Assembly (NCBI RefSeq): GCF_009914755.1
Contig: NC_060926.1
Reading direction: 5' to 3' (one strand)
DNA: 64,000 nt
From: the human T2T-CHM13v2.0 reference genome, Homo sapiens
Part shown: positions 44,876 through 59,049 of the stretch, piece after piece
Position numbering within the stretch: the stretch's first letter is position 1
Layout of the letters: every line of letters starts with the position of its first letter
Notes under the pieces: model-generated
Told to the model about the DNA's origin: nothing
The model's database searches: none
Seen by the model: only the letters and a program-made list of their open reading frames with translations
Position numbers and translations under genes: made by a program

Positions 44876-46765
44876 TATGGATGTCTGAAACACGTTTGCA
44901 TATCTGTGCCCCTATTAGACAGTTAAGTTTCTTGAGAACAAGATCATGCCTAAGTTGTCAGCATGTAATGCCAGTTGAATAAAATTAGAGCAATCGCCAG
45001 GGTTGATGGCTGCTGATGGGGTTGGGTGGGTGTTGAGTTCTGGCCTTGCTAGTTTCAGCCCCATGTAGGTGCAGACTTGGTTGGCATCTTAGTTCCACAA
45101 GGTGGGTCTGCCAATTCTGACCAGCTCAGCATGCACTGGGAGGCTCACCTCTGTCAGCAGAAATACTTTGTACAAGTCTACAGCTCTGAGCTAGGGGTCT
45201 AGGGAAAGCACCTCCAGCATGAAGCCTCCCTCTGGCCTCATGGTGCAGCTAGGGTTCTGCCTCCATTTGCTGCCTTGTTATACAGTTCTTAGAAGGAATT
45301 AGGCTCAGGAGCCCCACAAAGGTCTTATGCAACCCTCTTCTTGGGGCTAGAAGCAGTCTCTTCTTATCCCACACCTGGGGATCTCTTCAGAGATGAATTT
45401 CTTGGAATCTTGTACAGAAGTCAATTCCTTATCGATTAGCACTTAACTCATAATAGGATCTAGGGCAGGGAGAGGTATTAGGAATCAATAAGAGGTCCTT
45501 CACAGGGAGGAAACTCAGAGGGCTTCACATCCATGGGGACAATGGGAAAGAGTGGGTGCAGTCCTATTTTCCTAAGGGCTGGGACATGGCTTCTGTTCTT
45601 TCAGATGTTCTCTGTGACCTACATACTCCTAGATGTTTCAGTTTTTGAGTGTGTATGTTAATATTTCCAACTACAATTGTACAACAACTACATAGTTTTA
45701 TCAGCTGTTATGTATATTGACACTATAGTATTTGATGCATATATGTCCATAATAACTATATTTTCTTTTATATTTTATTACTGTTTATGTTGTGTCCATA
45801 ATACTCCTCTTTGATTACTGGCATGGGTTTCACCTAAACAGATTTTTTAGTCTTATATGAAAACATTGGCTGTTAGGCATTTCAATTTCTTTCTTTTTTC
45901 TTTCTTATGTGTCTCCTGTAGATATTAAATTACTATTTCTTTAAAAATATCTGTTCTGAGAACTTGTCTTTTGATTAGAGATTAGTATAATTCATTCACA
46001 TTTACTATACTTAATGTTATATTAAGAATTATTTCACAATTATTATTCACAATTTTATTCTCATATTCTATGTACATTTCGTTTTTCCTTCCTAACTTCC
46101 ATTGAACAGACAATTTTTTTGCTGATTTTGACATAATATATTTTATTTTGATTCTTTGGGTGGTCACCCATAACTTCTTCAGATCTATAGTTATGCTTAT
46201 TCTCCCCAACAATTTCCTAAATTTACCATGATCTATCTCTTCCCTGTAAATAAGACAAGTACCTGAGGCTACTCTCTTATTTCTCTGAACAATCTCTCAC
46301 ATCCCAACCTCTCTCCTATACCATGCGAGTATCACCTAGAATTTCGGCTGTAGATTGACATGTATACTTTTGTTTCAGTCCTTGCTTTAATAACTGATTT
46401 AGTCACCCATATTTCTCATATTGCTCATGTTCATTTCTTTTCTTGAAATAGGATGATCTTTTAAAATGTTTTCTAAAGAGTCTTTGTGTGATAAAAATTC
46501 TGAAGCCCTACATATCTGAAAATATCCTTATTTGGCCAAGGCATATAAATGACAGGTTAGCTAAATATAAAAATTCTGAGTTTCAGGATTGTTTTCCTTG
46601 AATACAGGGACTATCACTCTACTTTCTTCCTGCATCCACTATTGTTGATAGATACAATGTCAATGTGATTTGTGTTCCTTTGAAAGTTACTGATTTCTTT
46701 CCCACTTTGAAAGTTTTATAATTTCCTCTCCTTTAATGTTCATAAATTTCTGTAGTGTACTGAGA

Positions 46766-46768
<3 letters not shown>

Positions 46769-46802
<34 letters not shown>

Positions 46803-46820
46803 GTCTCTCTCTCTCTTCTC
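46769..46820. repeat. (CT)n microsatellite
   Basis: ctctctctct...ctgtctgtctctctctct. Confidence 0.95.
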
Positions 46821-47077
46821 TGAGATTGTACATCTTTCTCAAATCTGGGAAATTCTTGGCCAATAAATCTTCATATATGTTCTCTCTTTTCCTTATTGTT
46901 TTCTTCCTTTCTGAGTCTCTAATGTATAAACAGATGGCTCTACTTCAGTCTTCTATATCTCTTTACTTTCCACTTCTAAAAATCCTTTTAATATCTTCTT
47001 TATTTCTTTTGGAGAATTCTTAAGACAGATCTTTGTGCTTACTAATCTCTGGCTAAATTCATTCTGATATTTAGCCC

Positions 47078-47109
47078 ATATATATGTGTGTGTGTCACAC
47101 ATACCATAT

Positions 47110-47145
<36 letters not shown>

Positions 47146-47190
47146 GCTAAATGTATGTGTGTGGGTGTGTGTGTATGCATGTGTGTGTAT
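47078..47190. repeat. Compound (TA)/(TG)/(CA)n microsatellite
   Basis: (CA)~15 at about 47113-47143, flanked by TG runs. Confidence 0.95.
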
Positions 47191-50042
47191 AGATTTTTTA
47201 AATCATTTTTATATATAATTTCTTATTCTTTTTTTTAAATCTTCCCAGTACCCCCTGCCTTATTTCTTAGAGGAAATTAAACAGGCTTATTTTAAACTCT
47301 TGTTCCATCTGTTCTATTTATTCTGCTTCATCTGGTATGAATTTCTCTTCTTGTTGTCTTTCTCTATATAGCAGTTGTATTCTTAAGAAGTCTCATTACT
47401 TTTACTGAGCTAATACACCCTTCTGAGATATTATCTATCTGTGCTGGAAGTGGATATTTGAGGGGAGGGGATGAAACCCATGTAGACAATTTCTCTGCTT
47501 CTGAGGATTTTTTGAGATGGAGGGAGGATGCATCCTCTGGTGAAGAGCATCTGGTATTACACATTACATCTCTCCCTTGGCACCGGTCTCACTTAAGCAA
47601 CTCTCTCCTGAGCATGATTACCTAATCCTGGAGCTGTGAAGGGGGTACAGGGATAAAGGAATACTCTGTGGCTGGAAAGCCTGGATGAATGTGTTTTGAA
47701 TTATCCTTCATCCAATTTGTGCGTAGTAGAATCTTTAATTTATCCTCCCAACCAGCTACCACTGGGATGGCTGCTCCCTCCTCACACAGGGTAAATGGGG
47801 CTTCCTTGAGCTTCTTAAATCAGTAGATTGAAGTCTGTCATCAGTTTTGGAAAATCTCAGCCATAGTCTCCTCAAATATTAACTCTGGTGTATTCTCCTT
47901 GTCTTCTTCTTCTGTGACTCCAGATAGAAGTGTGTTGGTCCACTTGCCCACCGTTTACATGTCTGCTCTTGCTAGTCTTTTCTTTCTCTCTGAGCTTTGG
48001 TCTTTCTGTTCGCTTGGCTGATCTACTGTGCCCCATCTGCTATGAAGTTTATTTAATGAGTTTTCAATTTCAGATATTCTATTTTTTACTCAGAATGTCT
48101 ATTTGATTCTTTTTACAGATTCCAAAACTTTTTTTTTTTTTGGGAAATTCTCCATCTTTTCAGCCGCTTAGTGCATCTCTCCCCTCTTGGCTTTGATGCC
48201 TTTATAATTGATAATTTTAAGTCCTTGTGTGCTAATTTCTGTATCTGGATTATTTACAGATCTGCTTCTATTGACAGCTTTTTATCAATCATTAGTCATG
48301 TTTCCCTAGTTCACATTCATCTAAGTTCTGATTACAGGAAAGTCGTCGTGTATACAAAGATGATGGAAACTAAAGTTGTTGCTACTGTTTCTCTGACAAT
48401 TTCTGCCTCTCCCTACCCACCTTTTTTTGGAAGATGGGGATTAGGTGCTAATCACCGCAACACAATTCAGGATTGAGCTGATTTGAGTCTGGGGTACAAC
48501 ATGAGAAGCAGTGCACCTGTTTTCCAAGTCTGAAGACTGAAGCCAGACGGTGGGCCTGGCAAGTGGGGCAGTGGGAGATCTCATTCCCTCTCTAGTGCCT
48601 CCACCCTTCTTGTACCACTGCAGAAGCCAGCAATAAACCTACAGGAGAAAACAGCTCAGTGTTTTGAGCTCCTCTAGATTCTGATCTCTTAGCCCAGCTC
48701 AAATTATTTTAAAAATAGCCACTGACTTATCTTTCCCTCAAAAGAGCCCCTCTGCCTAGGAAAAGCTTAAACCTCAGCCTTTTCCCAGATTCAGAAAATC
48801 TCTCCCACCCCCGCCCCCAGGGACAAAATGGTCAGTGATTGCAGCTCAGCTGGGAAGGGCTCTTCCTGCTCTGGAATTTTAATTTGTTTGGTTCTTCTAC
48901 TTTCACTGCTAATCAATGGTTTTACAACTATAATCTTTATAATTTATCAATTTATTTTTCTAGTTGTGTTCGGAGCAGTGAACTGTTGATATTTACTCTA
49001 AACTCCCTAGAAACTGAAACCCTTACAGTGGTTAGGGATAGTAGATGGACCAGTTTTTAACTTCTGCCCAGTGCTGGAAGAAGGATTAAAGACACACCAG
49101 GAAAATTCTCCCCACATCCTATCTCTGGAGTCTCTTTTTTTCTACTCTAGGCAATAATTCCTCCCTATACTACCCCATCCCAGAAGCCCAAGTACCCAGA
49201 GTTCTCAATGTTTTAAGGGAAGAGGTGGGTTTTTGTTTTTAATGGATCCACTAACTTCCTTCTGTTTTTGTGCATTGCTGAGATTGAGTTTCAGTGCCCA
49301 AATCAGTAGTACCCATGTTAATTCGCCATTTGAATTACATCGAAAACCCAACTCTGCCACATACTATCTGTATCACCTTGAGAAAACCACTTCAGGCCTC
49401 TCCTTTCCCCAGCTTCAGAGTTGTGTCCGACCTAGTTAATGCCCATTCAAATGGGAAGAAAGTGTAAAAATCACGGGAGCTCTGACTGTTAGGCAGTTAT
49501 TCATTCTCGCCCTTCACAACCACACGCTGGCTGGCAGGCACTATCTGTATCTCTCTGAGTGTCTGATGCTGTGATCTACCTTTTTGCCAGTCGTTCTCTC
49601 TAGTTTGAAGCACAGTCCATGAGGAGTCTTCACTGTCCTCACCACTAGCTCTTGGCTGGCTGCTTTCCTTTCGACCGACCTTTCTTCCTTCTGGATCTTC
49701 TCAGGCAGGTCCACTCTCCACCTGTGACTGCCTGAACTGGAGCATAATGCTGGTGAGCAGAGCTCATATGGAAGCTTCCAGAATGACTGTTGTTTGACAT
49801 CTCATTAACCTCCACTTAATCCTGCCTTCCCTGGAAGCTTGATGAGTCAATGCTGCTGGTGGAATTGCATCAAACCCAAGATGGGTGGGAATTGCATTCC
49901 ACCCATCAGAAGGAAGATGCAGGGCGGCCTGGTCTTCAAATCCCATGAGCCATTTCTTGCCTAATGGGAATAGGCAGCTCTGAGCTGCAAAACAAAACTG
50001 TGCATGGCTCACTCAACTGCTACTTCTCTTCACTTTATTTCT

Positions 50043-50344
<302 letters not shown>

Positions 50345-51757
50345 TCACTTTTTCATGGATTCCTTTCCCAGGAAAACCACACATTTCAGCCAATTCTATG
50401 AGAAAATGAGTCCCCAGGGCTCAAAAATGGGAAAAAGCTTGCAACCATGACCCTTTAGAAAGAAGACACTGAAATGGTGGAAAATAGCAGTGAAGGCAGT
50501 ACCGAGGACACCTGGGGGTGGGAGCTGCTGAATTGAATTGATTTTGCCTTAGCTTTTCCTGAAGCCGAAAACTTAATAATCATGTTTATATAATCACTGA
50601 ACGGAGATATATACATAGATATGTCACTGAAAATGTTCATAGATACATTTTCCCCTTGAATTCTGCATTCAGTTAAATTACCCGTCTGGACTGATCCATC
50701 AGGACAGACCCTTGTTAATGCATGGACACAGCACTGCTGAGAAGCCAGGGATGCCGGGGGCAGGGACAGCGCTTGAGGCTCACCTCCTCATGGGGAGAAG
50801 TGAAGCCGTGATGGCATCACACCCGACCTACACGCAGGCTGCATTCCCACTTCACCCCTGTGTGCCTCTGCAACTCTGTGGACGACTTTCCTCCTCCACT
50901 CCTTTGTAGTGCAAGGAGAACCCACCCAGGCATGGAGAAGACTGACAGACTCAGGATCCGTCTGTTCCACAGGCATTGATTGAGCAACAGTCCTGTTCCA
51001 AGCACCATGGCAGGTGCTGGCCCCATGGAGATGAACGAGGTCTGTTTCCTGCTCTGGGAGAGCTCGTGGGGTGTCAGGGAGGTGGGAGGTGACCCTGGAA
51101 TTATAGGACCTTCTGACAATCATGGTGGTGGGCTTCACAACAGGCTGAGGGAGAACAGAGGCCACCGCTGTTTGACAAAGAAGGAGAAAGCTCCTCCAGG
51201 GAGATGACCCCTGAGCAAGCACTGGGAGGAGGATGGGGTCGGAAGGGTCCAAGTGGAAGAGGCAGTGCGTGCAAAGATCCTGACCAACAGGATTTCCAGT
51301 TCTGTGAGTTACTGATTTCTTCTGCAGGAGCCTGATAAGGTGTGAGTGACATTAGAGAAGCCAGAAGTCCTGCATGAGTTTGAGGATGTCACATGATCTT
51401 GAGTGACAGGAGCCCCATTCCAGTGGGAAGGGATGAACTATCAGTCCAGCATTGTCCATGCCACCTGGCAACACAGTTGCTAATGACAAGGTGGAAATGA
51501 TGCCTCAGTGTTCGTGCTGTCCCATCTTTTTAGGGGTTGTAACTTTTTACCTTGTATACAAATGCAAACTTACATAAAAGTTGCAACAGTAATACAGAGA
51601 ATGGCCATATGACCTGTACTGAGATTGACCAACTGTTCTTATTTTCCTCCATTGGCTTTTCCCTTCTAGATAGAAAGATAAATAGATAATAGATAAATAG
51701 ATGATAGACAGATGATAGAGGTATAGAGATATAGATGCAGATGCCCACACACATATA

Positions 51758-52099
51758 TAGTTGTCCCTCAGTATCCACAGGGAGTTGCTTCCAAGAGCCC
51801 CGTGCATAGCAAAATCCACACATGCTCAAGTCCCTTATATAAATGATGTAGTATTTGCATATAACATACACAATCCTCTTGTATACTTTAAATCATCTCT
51901 AGATTACTTATAGTACCTAACACAATGCAAATGCTATGTAAATAGTTGTTATGCTGTATTGTTTAGGGAATAATGACAGGGAAAAAACAGGCTGCTTATG
52001 TTCAGTACAGATGCAACCATCCTTTTTTAAAAATATATTTTTGATCCACAGTTAGTTGAATCCATGAGTGGGGAACCCATAGATGTGGAGGGCTGTCTC
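51758..52099. mobile_element. MER2 (non-autonomous Tigger-family element)
   Basis: TA|tagttgtccctcagtatcc...gctcaagtcccttatataaa...aaatcatctctagattactta...gatgtggagggctgtctc|TA, about 340 bp. Confidence 0.92.
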
Positions 52100-52109
52100 T
52101 ATGTGTGTA

Positions 52110-52141
52110 CACACACACACAAACACACACACACACACACA
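52110..52141. repeat. (CA)n microsatellite
   Basis: Interrupted CA run. Confidence 0.9.
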
Positions 52142-52234
52142 ATTATAGATATATTTCCCCCTGAACTATTTGAGGGTAAATTGCAGACATCATGTTCCTT
52201 CCCCTAAATATTTGTAGGCATTCTCTAAAAATAG

Positions 52235-52636
<402 letters not shown>

Positions 52637-53694
52637 TAATGTTTTCTTTTACAGCCATTTTTGCGCAGTCTAGGATCACAAATTGTAGTTAATTTCCAGG
52701 ATCACACACTGTATGCCTCTTTGGACTGTTTTCTTCTGGAAATGTCTCGGCCTCTCTTTGTCATCCCTGAAGGTGACTGCTGTGAGGAGCAGTTACTTTG
52801 CAGGATGCCCCGGGCTTGGATGTGGGTGGTGCCTTCTGGCAGGGACTCCCCAGGGGAAGGGATGTGCAGCAGGAAGCTGGTGATGTCCCCAGACCCGGCC
52901 ACTAGTTAGGGTGGTGTCCTCAGCTTTTCTGTTGGTTCTTAGTCCCTCTTTCTGATTAATTAGAACTTGAGAGGCCATCGTTGAGACTCCCACTCCCCGT
53001 CAGACTTTCCCCCAGCCATTTCAGTAGCCATTGAGGATTCCTGTCAGAATCTTTTTCACTCTGCTGGTTGTGAAGCCGTGACCCTAACTCCCTCATCCCG
53101 TCCGTCTCCGTGAGTTAGTCCACATACTACTGTGAGGAAGAGCTTCCCCCTTCCACTAATTATCTGTCCCCTTGGCTTTACATCAGCATGAGCTCCTGGG
53201 TTCTTGATGCAGCTGTGGGCTATAATCTGTTACCACTGTGTTTATTGTGATGCTCAAACTGGCACACATTCAGCCACTGAAGGACTGTTTCCATAGAGGC
53301 CTCCCGGGTGCCACCCCATAGAGCCACACAGGTCCCAGAGACTGCAGGATGAGGGGCAGGCTGGTCAGTGGGATCACAGTAGTTTGGGTAAAATCCCAAA
53401 GCCCCGGTGTCAGGCAGAGGCACCCGGCTGTGCCTCCCTGGTGTGCACCGCCTTCGCCCTGCAGGGCTCTTCCCCTAGCCTGCAGCAGCCAGGCTCCACC
53501 AGCTGCGGCGCTTCCCACCCTGCACCCTGCACGCAGCTCCACCGCTCCCATAGACCTGCTGGACAGCTCCTCCCTCACCATCTCAGGACCCTCAGCCAGG
53601 AGCAGCTCTCCCACTCCACATTCCAACCACCACCTCCGTGGTGGGGCGGCTGCCTACCTGCCCACTCCCACACTCCTGGCATTGCAAAAGGAGA

Positions 53695-54050
53695 CGAGTT
53701 GTTTGGGAAAGCGTTTGGCAGCACATAACAAGAATCGTAAAATTGTTTGTTCCACTTGACCTCATGGCGACATTTCTGGGAAATCATTCTAAAAGAAAAT
53801 TCCAAAAATGGCCAAAAGCCTATGCATGAAGAGGTTTATTGCAGAATTATACAACTCACAAAGTCAATTGGATGCCTGTCGGGAGGGGAAGGGCTAGGTA
53901 ATTTATGATGCCCGATGGATTGAATGTTAGATGTCATCTCATAGAAGTCCCAAGATTATGAAGCAACAAGGAAAATGTTTGTGATGTATTGTTAAGTAGA
54001 AAAATGCAGAGCACAAAACTTGGCGTCTGCTGTAAGTACAGTTGTGGAAG
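53695..54050 (+). mobile_element. L1ME 3' fragment
   Basis: tttgggaaagcgtttggcag...ccacttgacc...ttctgggaaatcattcta...gtttattgcag. Confidence 0.6.
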
Positions 54051-54836
54051 ATGAGGCAAATAGATGTTTTTCTTGGAATAGCTGGTGTCAGAGTTCTCCT
54101 GGGTGGGGAAGTGGCTTTCTCTGAGCGAGGGGTTCATTGCACACCTGGTGTGGAGGCTCCTTGTCTAATGCAGCCCTTACTACTGGTGAAAAATCCGAAA
54201 ATCACACAGATGAAAATGATTTTCTCTGAGCTGGACCCACGCCCAGGGCCGGCATGGGGGGAGCACAGGAGGGGCTGCTTCCTCGGACCCGAATCCCAGC
54301 CCAGGGTGCCTGCTTCATGCTACGTTTCCCATGGAGGGCACGGGTATGAGGAGTGTGTGGTCTCCCCAAAGTGTTCACAGGGGTTCTCACAGCAGCCACG
54401 GTGAGGGCATCACTTGTGTGGAGGTGGAGATGGGTCATTTATATTTTCCTTGCACAGTACACCATGGAATTCCAGACTTTTTGTGTCTGGAAGTAAATTA
54501 CAAAACCCCATGTTTTAATACTTATTACTAAGAATGTATCTGCACTCACTATTCCTCATTTTCAGCTCTCGTCACACCTTTATTGGGTTTGTACTGAAAT
54601 GCACCTCCGAGGAAAGCTATTGTTTTATATATTTCATGTCGCCAGCATCTAGGAACACAGGGCATAAACAGGTGTATTTAAAAGGCAAACTTATTTTTCT
54701 AAAATTATAAACATACAGATTTCCCATAACACGATGGACAGCGCTGAAGTGGGAACTGGTTCAGCCAAAAATATTCAAGAATCATGGGCAGGGCCCGTGT
54801 GTGTGCACGCACCAGTGTGTGTTTAAGGATACAGCT

Positions 54837-55144
54837 GTTCAGGTGCGGTGGCTCAGGCCAATAATCCCAACATTCAGGAGAACAAGGCAGGAGGATTTTG
54901 CTTGAGCCCAGGAGTTTGAGATCAGCCTGGGCAAACAGGGAGACCCCCATCTCTACAAAAACTTTTAAAAATAATTAGCCAGGTGTGGTGGTACGTGTTT
55001 GTAGTCCCAGCTACTTAGGAGGCCGAGGCAAGAGGATGGCTTGAACCTAAGAATTCGAGGCTGCAGTGAGCCATGAACACACCACTGCACTCCAGCCTGG
55101 CCGGGCAACAGAGTAAGGTCCTGGCTCAGAGAAAGGAAAAAAAA
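54837..55144 (+). mobile_element. AluJ (Jo-like)
   Basis: gcttgagcccaggagtttgag; gaggctgcagtgagccatga. TSD aaggatacagct / aaagatatagct. Confidence 0.92.
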
Positions 55145-55885
55145 AGATATAGCTGAGTTCAAAAGAAAGAAAAGGCAGTACCTGCGTGGCCTGAAACCTG
55201 AAGCAGGCTGGCAGGAGTGTGGTCTTGGCCCAGAGAGCAGAGCCCTGGTTCCAGCCCTGTTTCTGGGACAGGATGCTTCGGGCTGCTTCTGCCTCTGAAA
55301 GGAAAACAAGTCTCCCATGAGGGGAAAATACAAAGTCTCCCAAACTTTTCAGTGAGTCTGAACTTCTACCACTCATATGCCATGGGAACCTCAAGAAGAA
55401 AAATTATCCTAAAAGCCGGCCTCAGCCTGGGCCACTCCCGGGGCCTCCAGTAGCAACAAACTCACCTGGCTCTCCAGGGGCCCTTCCCAGCTCAGGGCCC
55501 AGTAGACCAGGGAGCGGTTGCCACGGAGGGGGCTTTGACAAAAGAAATACATGCATAAACAAGTCAGGAAGGTGCTGCAGATGTTTTTAAAATGCATGCA
55601 ATGATGAGGAAACAAATAAAAACATCAAATGTTCCAACGTGTGTGGCTTCCAGCCTGCCAGGTGCGGATCCATATGAATGCTCACAAACCCTTTCTTACT
55701 GCATCCTCTTTTATTCCTTAAAAATTATAGCATAATATTTTCCCAGGGCTGTCACTTTTTAGATCATTTTTCTTTAGCAGATAAAAGTCAATACTGCTTT
55801 TCAGAAAGAAAAAAAATATTGAAAAAAATACCAGGGTGGGTGCAGGGGTGGGGCTGAGCCGAGGAGCCGGACGCAGCGAGAGCCA

Positions 55886-56107
55886 GGCGGAGTCAGGGAC
55901 CCCGGCATCCCGGGCGGGCGGAGTCAGGGCCCCCCGGCGTCCCGGGGGGGCGGAGTCAGGGCCCCCCGGCGTCCCGGGTGGGCGGAGTCAGGGCACCCCG
56001 GCGTCCCGGGTGGGCGGAGTCAGGGCACCCTGGCGTCCCGGGTGGGCGGAGTCAGCACCCTGGCATCCCGGGCGGAGGAGTCAGGGCACCCTGGTGTCCC
56101 GGGCGGG
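55886..56107. repeat. CpG-rich minisatellite, 7 x ~32 bp
   Basis: Unit ggcggagtcagggc(a/c)ccc(c/t)ggcgtcccggg(t/c/g)g starts at 55886, 55917, 55949, 55981, 56013, 56045 and 56075. Confidence 0.97.
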
Positions 56108-57996
56108 CTCTGCCGCTCACTGCTTTTGCAGCAGTGCAGTCATAGAAACCCTCTGGCCCTCAGCTTTATCCTTCTGAGAAATGGGACAGACTGAGGCCAC
56201 AGCCCCTCAGGAATCGCAAGAAGGGCCGCGGGAAGGACCATGGTCATCACTCTTGCCTTATCAATCTGCCGCAGCTCGTCTGGGCCTTCTGAGTCACCCA
56301 AACCCAAACTGCCCATCCCAGAGTCTAGTGGGATTTGAACTTGGCCAGAGCATCTGCTCAGGGCCCCACCAGACACTGGAGCCTACGAGGTTGGGGACAC
56401 ATTTCCTCTGCTCCTGGGGGACGCTTGACTTGTGTGTTGTGATCAGATCATGGGGCTGGCTTGTGCTGCAGGGGCGAGGGGCTGAGGAGGAAGGGCTCGA
56501 TGGAGCTGCTGGGGCTCTGGGCCAGGAGCAGCAGCCCAGGGCTGTTATCTGAGCCGGTAGAGAGCAGATCAGCCGCGGATCGAATGTACCTCGGTCTCTC
56601 TCCAAAGGCAGTGCCCTGAAATGACCTGCACACAGGCTGGGCTGGGCTGCAGCCCTGGCCAGCAGGGACAGTGTGTTGGTCTCTGTGAAAGGCGAAGCTG
56701 CTTGAGCTTCAGGGACACACAGTTCGGGGCGTGCTGCCTCCCAGGGAAAGACGGGATGGGCCACCCCAGTGCTGGGCACACGGCAGGGGAGGGCTGGGGA
56801 CCACGCAGAACAGAACCTGGGGGTTGAAGAGCTGTTTCCTGATCTTATTCATTCAAAAACCACTTACAGGGCTTCCCTTGGCTGAGCACATTTGCTCAGA
56901 GGGTGAGAAGACACCCTCGGAGAGAAGTGGCCTGCCAAGATGGCACAGCAGCATGGCCATCACCATCAGAGCACCCCAAGTATCTCTGGAACAGGCTTCC
57001 TGCCTTAGCTGTGGGCTCAGGGACCCTCCGCCAGTCACCCCAGAATGGCCCCTGGGCACCCCGAAGTGTATGTATGTGAGATTTGGCTGGGGCAGCTCAC
57101 AGCAGAAAGGCCCCCCACCTTCCAGGAGCAGGGACAGTCAAGTTCGTCCAGTCCCCCTTTTCCTCGTGCGGGTGTTGTTTCCATGAGATGAGACCCTGTC
57201 AGCCTTGAATTCTGACTGCCTCGGGGAGAGGGAGGCAGACCCACGGCTTGCGAGAGAGAGTTATTCCGAAGATGTTTTTCAGCCCAAACCTGGTTGCTTG
57301 TAACTTCTGTCCTCTGTTCTGATCCCGGAGGCTCATATACAACGCAGCCCTGGGGTTCTAGGGTTCTCATGGCCTCTGGAGAGAAGCGCTGAGCAGGGCT
57401 GCATCCCCCGTTAGCAGCAGTCACCCTCAGCATCCCCACTGTTGGCCCATCCACTAACATCCCACCCACTTATTCAAACCCAGGCCACCCAAAGCTTCCC
57501 CTATTCCCTGAATAAATAAGGCGGGAGCCAAGGGATCAAGACGGAGTGAGGAGACTTGTCCCCACTGCCCTATTCAGCCCCTGCCAGGAGGAGGTGGGGC
57601 TGGCAGTGTCACATCCAGGCCCTAAGCATGGGAACCTGACACCTGGGCTGCACACTTTGCATCCAGCTTCTCCTCACATGTCGTTTCTTACCACCGATGA
57701 GCCTCGTCCACATCAGTGAAGCCTTGGCCAAGTGGCTGCCCAGTGCCAGGGACTCACTGGTGCCCTCACAGGGCAGGATCCACGGGCCGCTACTTTCATC
57801 TGGGCATGTCCCAGCAGCACAGGAAACTGATATCCAGGGCTGCACAGGTGGCGCAGAAATGCGAGATCCGAGGGGAGAGATCCCTGGGCTTCAGCTGCCT
57901 GGGAGTCCTTCTGGAAGAACTTGATTCTGAGCTGGGCCTGCAGTGAGGGGGAGGGCTTAATGAGGCTAATTAGCATCACTCTCTGGTACAGAGTGT

Positions 57997-58870
57997 CTTT
58001 TTTTGGTGACAGCTTTATTGAGATGTAATTCACACACCACACAATTCATCCATTTAAAGTGCAGAATTCAGTGGCATTAACATATTCTTAGTATTGTACA
58101 ACTGCCACCGCAATCAGTTTTAGGACATTTTTATTACCTCCCAGAAGAAACCCCACCCCCTTTAGCTATGACCTTCCAATCTCCCATCAGTCCCCCACCC
58201 CAACCTAGACAACACTAAGTTACTTCCTGTCCCAGGAGATTTTCCTGTTTGGGACTTTTCAGTCCGAATGCAATCATACACTCAGAAGCTATGTGGTTCT
58301 TTGCCTCTGGCTTCCTTTATTAGCATTATGCCTTCAAGGTCCATGCATGTTGCTGTGCGAATCAGTGCCTCATTCTTTTTTATATGGCTGAATAATATCC
58401 CAGAGTATGTAGACCATGTATCACTTATTCATTCACAAGTTGATGGACACTGTGTTGTTTTCACTTTTTGGCTACATACCATGAATAATGCTATTATGCA
58501 CACGCTTGCGTAGATTTTTGTGTGGACACGTGTTTTCGCTTCTCTTGGGTATATACCGAGGAGTGGGGTTGCTGGAACATGTGGTAACTGTGTGCTTACC
58601 CTTTAGAAGACCTGTCCGACTGCTTTCCAAAGTGGCTGCAGGGTTTCACAGTCTCCCGGCAGCTCCTAAGGGTCCCGCTTTCTCCACATCCTCACCAGCA
58701 CTGTTCTCTGTCCCTTTGATTCTAGGCACCCTCATGGCTGTGAAGTGGCACCTCATGGTGGTTTCGATGTTTGGATCCTGACGGCGGATGACCTTGAGCG
58801 TTTTTCCCCGGGCTTGTTGGCCATCTGCAAATCTTCTGCCCTGGATGTGTGCCACCGTGTGTTCCTCAAA
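57997..58870 (-). mobile_element. L1MB-type 3' end
   Basis: acagctttattgagatgtaattcacacaccacacaattcatccatttaaagtg...ttctcttgggtatatacc...ttctccacatcctcaccagca. Confidence 0.88.
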
Positions 58871-59049
58871 GCAGGCCTGTGCTTCCTGTGTGGTACGCAT
58901 GGAGGCATTTATGTTGATCTGGCAGAACTTTCTTTCTCCTGGGAATTGTATTTTCCTCCCTTTCCCTCCATCTTCTCCCTAATATTTGTGGCAAATGGGT
59001 TCCCCTTCTTCTACTTCACCCCCTCCACAGCTGTGGTGATTGGTCTAGG

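Larger units (their letters stand above)
45600..49020 (-). mobile_element. Old L1 (L1ME/L1MC-type) fragments covering the ORF2 5' end and ORF1 region
   Basis: AT/T-rich block with reversed-L1 motifs (atatctgaaaatatcctta; aaatctgggaaattcttggccaat; agttttggaaaatctcagccat...caaatatt). Probably several pieces. Confidence 0.6.
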
